Source of the DNA: an uncultured Christensenellaceae bacterium
Lineage (GTDB): Bacteria > Bacillota > Clostridia > Christensenellales > UMGS416
Length of the DNA: 64,000 bases
Direction: 5' to 3'
NCBI GenBank assembly: GCA_944376795.1
Contig: CALWDW010000006.1
Coordinates: 2,632 to 66,631, forward strand
Within the stretch, counting starts at the first letter, position 1; each line of letters starts with the position of its first letter. Below are positions 1 through 9,775 of this stretch, piece by piece. The notes beneath the pieces were generated by a model. It was not told the origin of the DNA, made no database searches, and saw only the letters and a list, made by a program, of their open reading frames with translations. The translations under genes were made by a program, and so were the position numbers.

Positions 1-2
1 GC

Positions 3-1751
3 GTGGAAGATAAGGGCTGCCGCTGCGCCCTGCTTCTGATGGGGTATGACGAAAGCCTCTATACCCGCCTTAGCCAGGAGTACGGTCTATCGGACACAGG
101 CTCGGTATACTTCCTTCCTGGCCGTCACGGATTACGCGGTCAGGTGGAGGAAGCTCCGGATTGGGAACATTTTGAAGCCATCGTCTCCCAACTGCCGGAG
201 GAAATTGAAACCATCGGCATCTGTGAATACGGGGGCATCCATAATCCAGCCTTCGAACAGGAAGCCATGGCAAGGACCGCACGCCTGACCCAACGCCCGA
301 TCGCTGCCGCCCATGAGCTTTCCCGGCAGATCAACTCCCTCAAGCGTGCGGCAACAACCTGCCTTAACGCGCGCCTCATTCCTCTCATCCGCCGTCTGCT
401 GCAGGCTGTGCGGGACTCTCTTACCCGCTCCGGCATCCACGCACCGCTTATGATCGTGCGCGGCGATGGCAGCCTTATGACTGAGGCCTTTGCCCAAGAA
501 CATCCCATTGAAACCCTTCTTTCCGGTCCTGCCGCCAGCGTGATCGGCGGTATGGCCCTGACCGGAGTGCAGGACTGCGTTATTCTGGATATGGGCGGAA
601 CAACCACGGATATCGCGCTGGTGGAGGGGGGACGCACCCTCGTCGCGGAAAACGGCGTACAGGTTGGGTCCTGGCGAACGGGAACCTATGCCATCGCCAT
701 CGGTACCATCGGCCTAGGCGGAGACAGCCTCATCACCCGGGATCAGGAAGAGCTGCGAATCGGTCCCCGCCGTGCCGTGCCCTTGGCCCGCTTGGCCTAT
801 GATCATCCCCGGGTCTTGGATAAGCTCCGCTCCATGCTGGCTGAGGAACGCGTCTTCACCTTCTGCCGGGGGGAATTCTTCATTGCCCTGCGCAGCCAGT
901 CTCCCGACCTGTCTTCCGAGGAGCAGGCCGTCCTGGCCGCCCTCCAGGCAGGCCCTCTCAGCGTAGAGGAACTGGCCGAAGCTGTGGGAAAGCGTCCCTA
1001 TTTCCTACGAACCGAGACCTTGGAGTCCCTGGGCTATATCATCCGCAGTGGCCTAACTCCCACCGATCTCATGCACATTGCGGGAGAGTTCACGCCCTGG
1101 TGTACAGAGGCTGCGCAAATCGGCCTACGGCTGATTGCCGACGTTATGGACAGGCGGCCGGAATCGCTGCACCAGGAGCTCCGTGAACGCATCTGCCGGA
1201 GGCTTTATGCATTGATCGTGGATTTTCTCATGGAGCGGCAGCTGCCCAGAGAGGGCCGCGTGCCGGCCGAGCTTATGGAACTGGGGTGGGCCGGTGCTCC
1301 CGCGCCCATCATGTGTCGCTTTGCCTGCCCCTACCCACTGGTGTCCATTGGCGCGCCTACGCACATCTTCCTGGGTGAAACCGCACGCCACTTGGACACC
1401 CAGGCTCTCCATCCCCAGTATGCCGAGGTCGCCAATGCGGTAGGCGCCATCACAGGACAGATCCTCGCCGAGGAACAGGTTTGGATCAAGCCCCGGTTTG
1501 AAGTAGGCGGTGTCGAGGGATATTCCTGCCATAGCAGCCAATCCTTTGCGGAATTCGAACTCTTGGAGGACGCGATGGACTGGGCGCGCCAACAGGCCTC
1601 AGCCATCGCCGCGGAAAAGGCTACCGCCATGGGTGCGCAAAATGTCCAGGTGGAACTGCGAACCAACGAAAAGCAGTTTACCCGACGCGGAAGCGGCGGA
1701 CACATGCTAGAAACCCTGGTCTGGGCCGTGGCCACCGACCGCTTAGGGTAG
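3..1751 (+). CDS. hydantoinase/oxoprolinase (HyuA-like) family protein, probably 5'-truncated by the window edge
   Basis: 582-aa ORF open from the window edge. It has an internal DMGGTTTDIALV ASKHA-type phosphate motif typical of hydantoinase A/oxoprolinase. The first N-terminal ASKHA motif is not seen, so the true start is probably upstream of the window. Confidence 0.7.
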   Translation: MEDKGCRCALLLMGYDESLYTRLSQEYGLSDTGSVYFLPGRHGLRGQVEEAPDWEHFEAIVSQLPEEIETIGICEYGGIHNPAFEQEAMARTARLTQRPIAAAHELSRQINSLKRAATTCLNARLIPLIRRLLQAVRDSLTRSGIHAPLMIVRGDGSLMTEAFAQEHPIETLLSGPAASVIGGMALTGVQDCVILDMGGTTTDIALVEGGRTLVAENGVQVGSWRTGTYAIAIGTIGLGGDSLITRDQEELRIGPRRAVPLARLAYDHPRVLDKLRSMLAEERVFTFCRGEFFIALRSQSPDLSSEEQAVLAALQAGPLSVEELAEAVGKRPYFLRTETLESLGYIIRSGLTPTDLMHIAGEFTPWCTEAAQIGLRLIADVMDRRPESLHQELRERICRRLYALIVDFLMERQLPREGRVPAELMELGWAGAPAPIMCRFACPYPLVSIGAPTHIFLGETARHLDTQALHPQYAEVANAVGAITGQILAEEQVWIKPRFEVGGVEGYSCHSSQSFAEFELLEDAMDWARQQASAIAAEKATAMGAQNVQVELRTNEKQFTRRGSGGHMLETLVWAVATDRLG

Positions 1752-1838
1752 AACTCCGCAAGAAAATCTCCTCTTTGCGAAAATTCTTCTTGCCTTATTC
1801 CCCCTACCTGTGCTATACTACGTTTGTTGCCAAGCCGT

Positions 1839-1914
1839 GGGGCATTAGCACAGTTGGTAGCGCGCAACGTTCGCATCGTTGAGGTCAGGGGTTCGAATCC
1901 CCTATGCTCCACCA
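1839..1914 (+). tRNA. tRNA-Ala (anticodon CGC)
   Basis: 76-nt cloverleaf read by hand. Acceptor GGGGCAT/ATGCTCC includes the G3:U70 Ala identity pair. Anticodon stem is CAACG/CGTTG with loop TTCGCAT. T-loop is GGTTCGAATCC and the CCA end is encoded. Confidence 0.93.
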
Positions 1915-1917
1915 CGT

Positions 1918-1952
1918 CGGAGCAAGCTTTGTATCGCTTGCTCCGATTTTTT
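1918..1952 (+). terminator. rho-independent terminator after tRNA-Ala
   Basis: Stem cggagcaagc / gcttgctccg followed by attttttat. Confidence 0.8.
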
Positions 1953-2140
1953 ATAAAAATCAGAGCGCGCTCACGCCGCTGCTCCTCCTTTTCGCAAAAA
2001 GTCACGCTCGGCTCACCTGCTCGGTTGTAAACGCCCTCGCGACGGTTCGCTGTCGCTACCAACTTTTTGCGAGTACGAGAGTTCAACTCCCACCGCCGAA
2101 ATGCCGAAAATATCTTTTTTATGTGACTCTCACAGTTTTT

Positions 2141-2172
2141 GAGCAGGCATTTGGATGCCTGCTCATTCTTTT
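2141..2172 (+). terminator. terminator-like hairpin in the tRNA-Ala to ADH intergenic region
   Basis: Perfect 10-bp stem gagcaggcat / atgcctgctc with loop ttgg, followed by attctttt. No convincing upstream ORF is seen. Confidence 0.35.
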
Positions 2173-2431
2173 ACCTTGTTCCAAAAAGGCGGCATCAAGC
2201 CTAGTATGATGGTATGCCGCAGTCTGTTGGTTCCTTTTCTAAATCCATCCGGAGCCATGTCCCACGTATGGATGGGGCTCTTATTCGATTGTACCCGCGA
2301 AGGTCCACCGAAAAACCGGTGCTGGACGCAGGCCTTTTACGAAACGATGTCATAAAAGTATTCTCCGTACCAACTGAGATATATAAGAAGGATTCCCCCG
2401 GAAATGAATATTGTTTTCCGCCTCTATTGTC

Positions 2432-3557
2432 ATGCAGTCCCCATTGTTTCCCCGCTTGCCGTTCCATTTTACCCTATCACAATTTGCCAGTCTATGACAG
2501 TGTATCCGAGATAGCCCCTCGCTGAGCAGGCGTAATATCAAGGTAGCGCTGCTGATCACCAGTGCGTCTTTGGGGAGCTCTGGCGCCGCGAAACCCTTAG
2601 AAGCGCTCCTCGCTGCGTGGTTTATGACCAAACCCGGCCCAACCCGACCGTGCAAAACGCAGAAGGCGCCCATTAGGTCTACCTTTAGGAGGGCTGTCAG
2701 CGCCCAATTACCTTTGGCGGCGGGTACTGCATGGACTACGAAAAGGCTGTAGGCGCCCGCATTGCCTACCCTAAACGCTCCCGAAACAGTTAAAAAGGCT
2801 GCTGCACGTTCCTTCGCAGAATACCCTATCTCATGCCATTCCCACCACCACAAGCCCAGGCAGCAATGCCGCTCTTTCCGCCGTGGTCAACGATCCTGCG
2901 CAAAAGCATAAGAGCACCATGAATAACTTCATCTTCATTCTACTCTGTACGTGCTGAATCCTCAGGTCACCTGCTCCCTGCCGCCTCTGCTCTGACGGCA
3001 ACAGCCGACATGGATGCGCTGCCCCACGCCGTGGAAGCTTATATTGGCCACTGTACTAACCAAGAGACCCGCACGCTGGCGCGGGACGCGGTGAAGCTCA
3101 TTTGGGATAATATTGAAAAAGCCTATCGGAACGGGGCCGACCGGTCCGCCCGCGCCAATATGCTTACGGCTTCTCACAAGGCGGGGCGTGTTTTCTCCAA
3201 GTCGTACGTCGGCTATATTTATGCGGTGCCCCACTCCCTGGGCGGGCAATATAACATCCCCCACGGTTCGGCAAATGCCGTGCTGCTGCCCATTGTATTA
3301 GAGGCACACGGCTCCATCATACACAAAAGCTGTACGAGCTGGCTGTCTTTGCCGGCGTGCCTCGGCTGCCGATTCTTACCGCGAGGGCGCCGAAAAACTC
3401 ATCCAGGTGTTTGCTATCTGAACCAGCAGATGCAGATCCCTGCATTTCTTTCCGGCATCCAGAAGGCGGATACTCCGCGCATGGCCTCCTCGCCGCCAAA
3501 GAAGCCAACCCGCTTTACCTAGTGCCCATTCTGATGGATGTCCGCCAATTGGAGTAG
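2432..3557 (+). pseudogene. iron-containing alcohol dehydrogenase pseudogene (multiple frameshifts and in-frame stops)
   Basis: Fe-ADH hallmarks are present in the right order but spread over three frames. They are KVALLITSASL, VVYDQTRPNPT, FGGGYCMDYEKA (GGGS-type loop), AIPTTTSPGSNAALSAVVNDP, MDALPHAVEAY, HSLGG..IPHGSANAVLLP and a C-terminal LAAKEANPLYLVPILMDVRQLE. In-frame TAG codons lie at 2674-2676 and 2686-2688. Total length of about 1.1 kb fits a 375-385 aa Fe-ADH. Confidence 0.8.
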
Positions 3558-3591
3558 TTCTATTATAACATTGCAGATTGGAGTCATAGTT

Positions 3592-4965
3592 ATGGATCTG
3601 GACAAACTTCTACAGAGCCAGCGTAAGTTTTTTCAAAGCGGCGCCACGCTCCCGGTGGATTTTCGTATTGCCATGCTGGCAAAGCTCTACCAGGCTGTAG
3701 AGCGCTATGAGCCGCAAATTGCATCCGCGCTTCATGACGATTTGGGCAAGAGCGACTTCGAGGGATACATGTGCGAAACCGGCCTCGTAAAAGGGGAACT
3801 GCGGTATATGATGCGCCACGTCCGCCGGTTTTCGGCGAAACACCGTGTACGGACACCGCTGACCCAGTACGCGGCCGTCAGCTACCAAAAACCTTCTCCC
3901 TATGGCAATACGCTGATTATGAGCCCGTGGAATTATCCTCTTTTGCTGACCCTAGGCCCCTTGGCAGACGCCATCGCCGCAGGCAATACCGCCGTGGTAA
4001 AGCCCAGCGCCTATTCGCCCGCTACCAGCGCCGTCATCGCCCAGATCGCGGCCGATTGCTTCGATCCGGCGTACGTTGCCGTCATTACCGGCGGCCGCAA
4101 GGAAAATGCCGCCCTGCTGGAAAAGAAATTTGACCTTGTGTTTTTCACTGGAAGTCAAGGTGTGGGCCGGGAGGTTCTGCGCCATACCGCAGAGCATCTT
4201 ACACCGGCTGTGCTGGAGCTGGGCGGGAAAAGCCCTTGCATCGTCGACAGCACCGCTAAGCTCGAATTAGCCGCCCGCCGGATCGTCTTTGGGAAGTTCC
4301 TCAATTGCGGGCAAACCTGCGTGGCGCCGGACTATATCCTCTGCCAGCGCAGCGTGCAGGATGCCCTAGTGCAAAATATCTGCGAACAAATTCAACGCCA
4401 GTTCGGGAAGAACCCGCTGGACAATCCCGACTACGGCCGCATCGTAAACCAGAAGCATTTTGACCGTCTGCGCGGCCTGATCGATCCTTCCAAGGTTGTC
4501 TGGGGCGGCGCCAGCAGGCCCGAAACTCTGCAAATTGCACCGACAGTCATGAACGGCGTTGTATGGGAAGACGCCGTAATGCAGGAAGAGATCTTCGGTC
4601 CGATCCTGCCGGTACTGTCCTTTAACCACTTGGAGGATATCTATACTCTTCTATCCGCCATGCCCAAGCCCTTGGCGCTCTACCTGTTCACCGAAGATAA
4701 GCGCCAGTCGCGCGAGGTAACCGAGCGGTGCTCCTTTGGCGGCGGCTGTATCAATGACACCATCATCCATCTTGCCACCAGCGAGATGGGCTTTGGCGGC
4801 GTAGGAGAGAGCGGTATGGGCGCCTATCATGGCCGGGTGGGATTTGATGCCTTTTCCCATACCAAGAGCATTGTAGACAAAAAGACCTTCTTGGATCTTC
4901 CCATGCGCTATCAGCCCTATCAGCGCAAGCTCTATGGGAAGTTGCTGCGGAAATTCCTTCGCTGA
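3592..4965 (+). CDS. NAD(P)+-dependent aldehyde dehydrogenase (ALDH3/YwdH-like family)
   Basis: ORF 3538-4965. The start is placed at MDLDKLLQSQRKFF after a GGAG-like RBS. Motifs include ELGGKSPCIVD, the catalytic Cys context FLNCGQTCVAPDY and EEIFGPILPV. Confidence 0.88.
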   Translation: MDLDKLLQSQRKFFQSGATLPVDFRIAMLAKLYQAVERYEPQIASALHDDLGKSDFEGYMCETGLVKGELRYMMRHVRRFSAKHRVRTPLTQYAAVSYQKPSPYGNTLIMSPWNYPLLLTLGPLADAIAAGNTAVVKPSAYSPATSAVIAQIAADCFDPAYVAVITGGRKENAALLEKKFDLVFFTGSQGVGREVLRHTAEHLTPAVLELGGKSPCIVDSTAKLELAARRIVFGKFLNCGQTCVAPDYILCQRSVQDALVQNICEQIQRQFGKNPLDNPDYGRIVNQKHFDRLRGLIDPSKVVWGGASRPETLQIAPTVMNGVVWEDAVMQEEIFGPILPVLSFNHLEDIYTLLSAMPKPLALYLFTEDKRQSREVTERCSFGGGCINDTIIHLATSEMGFGGVGESGMGAYHGRVGFDAFSHTKSIVDKKTFLDLPMRYQPYQRKLYGKLLRKFLR

Positions 4966-5007
4966 GATTTGCCGGTTCTCATGCCACACCGCCATTCCAT
5001 GATCCAA

Positions 5008-5036
5008 AAGGCGCTCGCAATGGAGCGTCTTTTTTG
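5008..5036 (+). terminator. rho-independent terminator after the aldehyde dehydrogenase
   Basis: Stem aggcgctc / gagcgtct (one G:U pair) followed by tttttg. Confidence 0.65.
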
Positions 5037-5412
5037 TAGAGAGCACGGCTGTACCGGGTACGAGGAAGGCCCCCGAAGATGCGTCCCCCGGAGATCATCG
5101 GATTCCGCAGAACAAACAATATAGACTTTTTCAAGCTCCGGCACACCGGATCGCAAAAGGAATACCAACTTTCCCTGGGCTCATTCTGATACATCCCGAA
5201 TTGATTTTTCTTTCCCACGATGATATATTTCCCCTAGGAGGTGTTGCTGGAATGATCCGATTTCTGATGCAGGTTTTCGCAGCCCAAGTTTTGGCTCCGC
5301 ACACAGTCTGATCGGGACGGTATGTGTGCGGAGCGGCACTCCCCCCTTGGGGCTCTACCGTCCGGTCGGGCTTTGTGCGACTTACATACAATCCATTGTA
5401 AGGAGCAAAGCC

Positions 5413-6732
5413 ATGCATATAAAAGAAAAACATTCCTTCCAAAGTCTGCGTCGGTTTTTGGCCCTATGGGCATCACAGAGTGTGTCCGCCATGGGCACCG
5501 CCATGACAAACTATGCGTTAGCGGTTTGGGCCTATGGGCAAACCGGGACGGCGTCCAGCATGACGCTTTTGACCCTCTGTTCCTTCCTGCCGACAATCCT
5601 ATTGCGCTTTCTTGCGGGAGCCATTGCAGACCAATGGGACAAAAAACGCATGATGCTACTGTCCGATTCTGTAGCCGCTTTGGGGTCTGTCGTCATTTTG
5701 GTGCTGTACACAGCATCCGCTCTTCGCATTACCCATCTGTATGCGGTCAATTTCCTCCTGAGCTGCATGAATGCGTTTCAGGTGCCTGCAGCCCAGGTGG
5801 CTACAAGCTTGCTTGTACCCAAAGAACAGTATGCACGTGCTGGCGGCCTGCAGGCCGTTTCGGGTGCGGTTGTCTCGATCCTCTCCCCTGTGCTGGGAAG
5901 CGTTGTGCTTGCATGGAGCGGTATACCCGCCGTTTTGGCCATCGACCTCATCAGCTTTGCTGTTGCGTTTCTGACCTTACTGCGGATCCGCTTTCCCAAG
6001 ACGGCATATTCCGTGCAGGAAAAAAGGGAGTCCTTCTGGAAAAACTGCCTATCGGGGCTTCGTTATCTGCAAAAGCATTCCCATCTGCTGTACCTTATTC
6101 TCTTCTTTACGGTCATGAACTTCCTTGCAAAACTTGGCGGCGACGGCCTGCTGTCCGTCTTCATCCTGGCTAAAACTAACCAGAATCAGGTGATACTTGG
6201 CGCGGTACAGTCATCCGTTGCACTGGGAATCCTGGCGGGCGGATCGATCATGACCATTATAAAGCCATCTCGGGACAAGGTAAAAGCCATTTTCCTCCTA
6301 TGGGGCCTTATCTTTCTGTTCAATACGGTCATGAGTGTCTGTCAATCCGCCATAGGTTGGTGCTTAGCCGCATTCTTTTCCTACTTGTTGGCAGCCGTCA
6401 TGAATGTGCACTGGGATGTCATGATGCGGTCCCATGTCCCCCTGGAACTGCAGGGACGTGTATTTTCCACCAAAGATACCCTGCAGAATGGGGCGATTCC
6501 CCTGGGCTTATATTGCGGCGGTGTCCTGGCGGATCGAGTGTTTGAACCCTTGATGGCAAAGGAAACGGCCATGCAGGAAATGCTTTCCTCTGTGCTGGGC
6601 ACCGGAAACGGAAGCGGCATAGGGGCCATGTTCTTCCTCGTGGGTCTGACGGGCTTCCTTCTCAGTTTCGTCTGCATGAACCGGCAGTTATTCCGAGAAC
6701 AAAATAGCCTGCCTCCCAAGAATCAATCCTAA
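5413..6732 (+). CDS. MFS transporter (EntS/macrolide-efflux-like MFS_3 type)
   Basis: ATG at 5413 is preceded by AGGAG at 5401-5405. The protein is polytopic and hydrophobic, with an N-terminal FLALWASQSVSAMGTAMTNYAL pattern typical of this MFS subfamily. Confidence 0.8.
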   Translation: MHIKEKHSFQSLRRFLALWASQSVSAMGTAMTNYALAVWAYGQTGTASSMTLLTLCSFLPTILLRFLAGAIADQWDKKRMMLLSDSVAALGSVVILVLYTASALRITHLYAVNFLLSCMNAFQVPAAQVATSLLVPKEQYARAGGLQAVSGAVVSILSPVLGSVVLAWSGIPAVLAIDLISFAVAFLTLLRIRFPKTAYSVQEKRESFWKNCLSGLRYLQKHSHLLYLILFFTVMNFLAKLGGDGLLSVFILAKTNQNQVILGAVQSSVALGILAGGSIMTIIKPSRDKVKAIFLLWGLIFLFNTVMSVCQSAIGWCLAAFFSYLLAAVMNVHWDVMMRSHVPLELQGRVFSTKDTLQNGAIPLGLYCGGVLADRVFEPLMAKETAMQEMLSSVLGTGNGSGIGAMFFLVGLTGFLLSFVCMNRQLFREQNSLPPKNQS

Positions 6733-6830
6733 GACAGACTCAGCCTAAAATCAAAGCGCTTGCCAGGCAATTCCTTCGCCGCAGAGCAAGCGCTTTGTTC
6801 TTTAGCGCCATAAAGCGGAGGCCGCAGATA

Positions 6831-6864
6831 CAAAAATGCCCGCCTTGCCATGCAAGGCGGGCAT
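6831..6864 (-). terminator. rho-independent terminator after tRNA-Pro (minus strand); may also stop the convergent MFS gene
   Basis: 13-bp perfect stem atgcccgccttgc / gcaaggcgggcat. The T-run follows the stem on the minus strand. Confidence 0.8.
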
Positions 6865-6870
6865 TTATAA

Positions 6871-6947
6871 TGGTCTGGGTGAGAAGATTTGAACTTCCGG
6901 CCTCTTGAACCCCATTCAAGCGCGCTACCAAGCTGCGCCACACCCAG
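6871..6947 (-). tRNA. tRNA-Pro (anticodon GGG)
   Basis: 77-nt cloverleaf on the minus strand. Acceptor CTGGGTG/CACCCAG has the C1:G72 pair. Anticodon stem is CTTGA/TCAAG with loop ATGGGGT. T-arm is GGAAG-TTCAAAT-CTTCT and the CCA end is encoded. Confidence 0.9.
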
Positions 6948-7167
6948 ATAGAACGGCAGCGGATCACCGCTGACTGTTATATTATAATAGATCTCCTTCA
7001 AAAATGCAAGTGTTTTTTGCGAGACCGGCAAGATGGTCCAGGCGCCGTCTGCCTGCGCCCCTTTCCCTTTATGATATCGGTCAGTTCCGTCCATAGGAAA
7101 TCGGCAGCAAACGGGGAATCCCATTGGCGCGGTAAAGCCGCAATCTATTCTTGATGCGAGGTTTCCC

Positions 7168-8367
7168 ATGAAGATCGTATCCATTGAAACAATGAAAGTT
7201 CCCCCCAGCTGGGTCTGGGTCAAGGTAACCACCGACGAAGGACTGGTGGGCTTGGGTGAACCCTATCTGGAGTGCCACGGTGATGCCGTCATCGCCGAGG
7301 TCGAGCGTATGAAACCTTTCCTTCTTGGCGAAGATCCCACCGCTGTAGAGCATATGTGGCAGGTCATGTACAACAGCGGCGTCGCCTACGTAGGCGGCCC
7401 CATCAAAATGAGCGCCATCTCCGGTTTGGATATGGCCTTCTGGGACATCAAGGGAAAGGCCCTGGGTCAGCCGATTTACAAGCTCCTGGGAGGCCCCACC
7501 CGCACACGCATTCCCTTTTACCACGCTACCGGCGCCGGCATACCCCACCATGTGGAGCCCGGGGATCCCTATTGGAAGAGCCGCCCCGGGGACGCTCCCC
7601 ACAAGCCGCCCAAGGACCGGGATGAGATGGCCCAGCGGGCCGTGGACGGCGCCAAGGAGCTGGTATCCTGGGGATATCGTACGCTGAAATTCCACGTGGG
7701 GATGTCCTACGACTTCACCCGGCAGGACCGCATCGAAGAGATTGTCGCCATGGTTGCCGCCGTACGCAAGGCTGTAGGCGATACCATAGAGCTGGGAATC
7801 GACGTCCACAATCCGCAGCCCCAGATGGCCGTGAAGCTGGCCCGCAGACTGGAGCCCTATAACATGCTCTTTATGGAGGAGCCTGTATCCATCGAGCGAA
7901 TCCAAGATCTGCGCATCGTGGCCCAGGGAACCACCGTTCCCATCGCCGCCGGAGAGCGTTGGATGGGTAAATGGGCCTTCCACCAGGCGCTGGATGCCGG
8001 AGCGCGAGTTCTTCAGCCCGATCTGGCCCACGCCGGCGGCATCACGGAACTCAAGAAGATTGCCGCCATGGCGGAGTGCTACGGCGCCTACATGGCGCCC
8101 CACTGCCCGCTGAGCGCCCTGGCCATCGTCGCCAGCATGCAGCTGGGCGGCGGCATTCCCAACTACCTGGTGCAGGAGCACAATGAGGTCAATGACTCCC
8201 TGGTGGATGGAAAAACCGTCATTGGCGCGGGCTACTTCAAGAAACCCTTGGTGCTGGAAGATGACGGCTGTATTGCCCTGCCGGAGGGCCCCGGACTGGG
8301 CATCGAGCTGGATGAAGCGGGGATGGAAGCCATCATGGCCAAGCCCTGGACGGTACGCCGGGGATAA
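7168..8367 (+). CDS. enolase-superfamily acid-sugar dehydratase (galactonate/mannonate dehydratase-like, MR/MLE family)
   Basis: The N-terminus MKIVSIETMKVPP..VWVKVTTDEGLVGLGE and SGLDMAFWDIKGKALGQPIYKLLGG are typical of the DgoD/ManD subgroup. The long antisense ORF 7081-8418 is judged spurious. Confidence 0.8.
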   Translation: MKIVSIETMKVPPSWVWVKVTTDEGLVGLGEPYLECHGDAVIAEVERMKPFLLGEDPTAVEHMWQVMYNSGVAYVGGPIKMSAISGLDMAFWDIKGKALGQPIYKLLGGPTRTRIPFYHATGAGIPHHVEPGDPYWKSRPGDAPHKPPKDRDEMAQRAVDGAKELVSWGYRTLKFHVGMSYDFTRQDRIEEIVAMVAAVRKAVGDTIELGIDVHNPQPQMAVKLARRLEPYNMLFMEEPVSIERIQDLRIVAQGTTVPIAAGERWMGKWAFHQALDAGARVLQPDLAHAGGITELKKIAAMAECYGAYMAPHCPLSALAIVASMQLGGGIPNYLVQEHNEVNDSLVDGKTVIGAGYFKKPLVLEDDGCIALPEGPGLGIELDEAGMEAIMAKPWTVRRG

Positions 8368-8465
8368 CGGCCCGCTTTTTCCCACTTCCCATGAACAACA
8401 AAGCTCCGGGGGACCCAAGTCGGTCTCCCGGAGCTTTTTATATCGTTACTTTGCTGCCTCAGAGC

Positions 8466-9641
8466 TTAGAAATGCTCCTGGCAGAGGACCTTCTTTTGGG
8501 GGAAGAGACGGGCCAGCTGCTTCTCCTTGCTGTCGATCTGCACATCCATGCGGGATGCAACGACTTCCAGGGGATAGAGGCCTGTCACCATTTGGCTGAG
8601 CGCCTGCACCGAAACCGTCATATCCGGGGTTTGGCTGCTTTCGTCCACGCGGCTTTCCCCCGCTTCCCAGGCAACGCGGAAGGTTTTATCGTTCCATCCG
8701 CAGAATTCGTCCTGGACGCGGAGAATGACCTCCCCGGGATGGGCGGGCTTTTTCATCAGTTCCAGGGCCCGCTGTGCGTCCACCACCCGGTTCATCCCCT
8801 GCCGGTTCCAGGTTGTCTTCACCGGATGCGGCTCGCTCCAGATGACCTCGGCCACCAGCTCCGGCGAACTGTGGAAGGTCACGGTATTATAATTCCCCGC
8901 AAACCGCCCCCAGAATCCCAGCATGGCCCACAGACCCTGGCGGTCGGTCCACTCCATCTCCCGGATATTCATGACATGATCCCCCGCAGTGAATTGGAAC
9001 CACGCCACCGGCTTATCCTCGGCATTGTAGAGGACATAAGTGCGGATCTTGGTCGTCAGCGGATCATGCTCCAGCACCCGCTTCCAGCGCTCCAGCGGCC
9101 GATCAGCCATCATATTGTGCCGGGGGGCAAAGGCCTTATCCACCTGCATAAAGGGTTCCAGATCCATTCCAAGCTGGTACTGCACCGCCCGGCCGGGCTG
9201 CGCGTAGCGGGCCAATTGGTCGGTGGGAGCCTCCACATGCATCTGCATGCTGCCAACCTCGTATCCAAACTTCCGATAGAAGATATGGGAAAAGGGATAG
9301 AGGAAGGAGAAAACCATCCCACGTTCCCGCATCTCGTCCATCACGCAGCGGAAAATACCGCGGATATGGCCGCCGCGGCGGTACTCCGGCAGGGTGGAGA
9401 CGCCGCCGATTCCTCCCATTCCCACGATATGGCCGTCAAACCACACCTTATACGGATTGAGAATCATGCCGGCCAGCACCCGGCCCTCCTCGTCCACCGC
9501 GCCGCGCACGTCCACATGCCGTGTCGAGCCCTCCTCCAGATACTTATCCAAATCCTCCCGGCTCATCGAAAAGTCAAAGGCCTGCGCCGCAATGAACGCA
9601 GCCTGCTGCGCTTCCGCAGGGGTCAGCTTCCGATATTCCAT
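8466..9641 (-). CDS. GNAT family N-acetyltransferase, Eis-like (with C-terminal SCP2-like region)
   Basis: Start is placed at MEYRKLTPAEAQQAAFI (ATG 9641, GGAG upstream). The acetyl-CoA motif region is LPEYRRGGHIRGIF, and a length of about 390 aa is typical of Eis-type enzymes. Confidence 0.7.
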   Translation of the reverse strand: MEYRKLTPAEAQQAAFIAAQAFDFSMSREDLDKYLEEGSTRHVDVRGAVDEEGRVLAGMILNPYKVWFDGHIVGMGGIGGVSTLPEYRRGGHIRGIFRCVMDEMRERGMVFSFLYPFSHIFYRKFGYEVGSMQMHVEAPTDQLARYAQPGRAVQYQLGMDLEPFMQVDKAFAPRHNMMADRPLERWKRVLEHDPLTTKIRTYVLYNAEDKPVAWFQFTAGDHVMNIREMEWTDRQGLWAMLGFWGRFAGNYNTVTFHSSPELVAEVIWSEPHPVKTTWNRQGMNRVVDAQRALELMKKPAHPGEVILRVQDEFCGWNDKTFRVAWEAGESRVDESSQTPDMTVSVQALSQMVTGLYPLEVVASRMDVQIDSKEKQLARLFPQKKVLCQEHF

Positions 9642-9775
9642 AGCCTGTATCTCCTTGCAAAAAAGAATCGTGACGGTAGGATTCGCCCTTTTCCTGTAAA
9701 CTCCTGCCGGCCTGGACAAAACAAGGAAAACTTGTATAATAGAGAAGGCAATCCCCGTAATAGAAGGAGCGGCGC

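Noticed and set aside
2070-2100. A tRNA fragment or att-site duplicate (gagttcaactccc, resembling a T-arm).
   Set aside because: The flanking bases do not form a T-stem or an acceptor stem. The string does not match the 3' end of the adjacent tRNA-Ala.
2100-3010. A possible group II intron or other large structured RNA. The cues were GTGCG-like strings, an absence of ORFs and odd composition.
   Set aside because: Reading all three frames showed colinear Fe-ADH motifs from about 2432 onward. The region is a decayed pseudogene, and no domain V/VI consensus could be found.
7081-8418. Long antisense ORFs of 400-640 aa opposite real genes. Examples are 7081-8418(-), 8391-9779(+), 12062-13459(+), 42490-44331(+), 55975-57903(+), 60662-62443(+) and 62016-63653(+).
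   Set aside because: Each lies opposite a gene with unmistakable family motifs (enolase superfamily, GNAT, MetG, WG-repeat lipoprotein, heparinase-like and V-ATPase subunits). Their translations are low complexity and rich in R/G/P/H, and they lack RBSs. These are typical stop-poor antisense frames in high-GC DNA.
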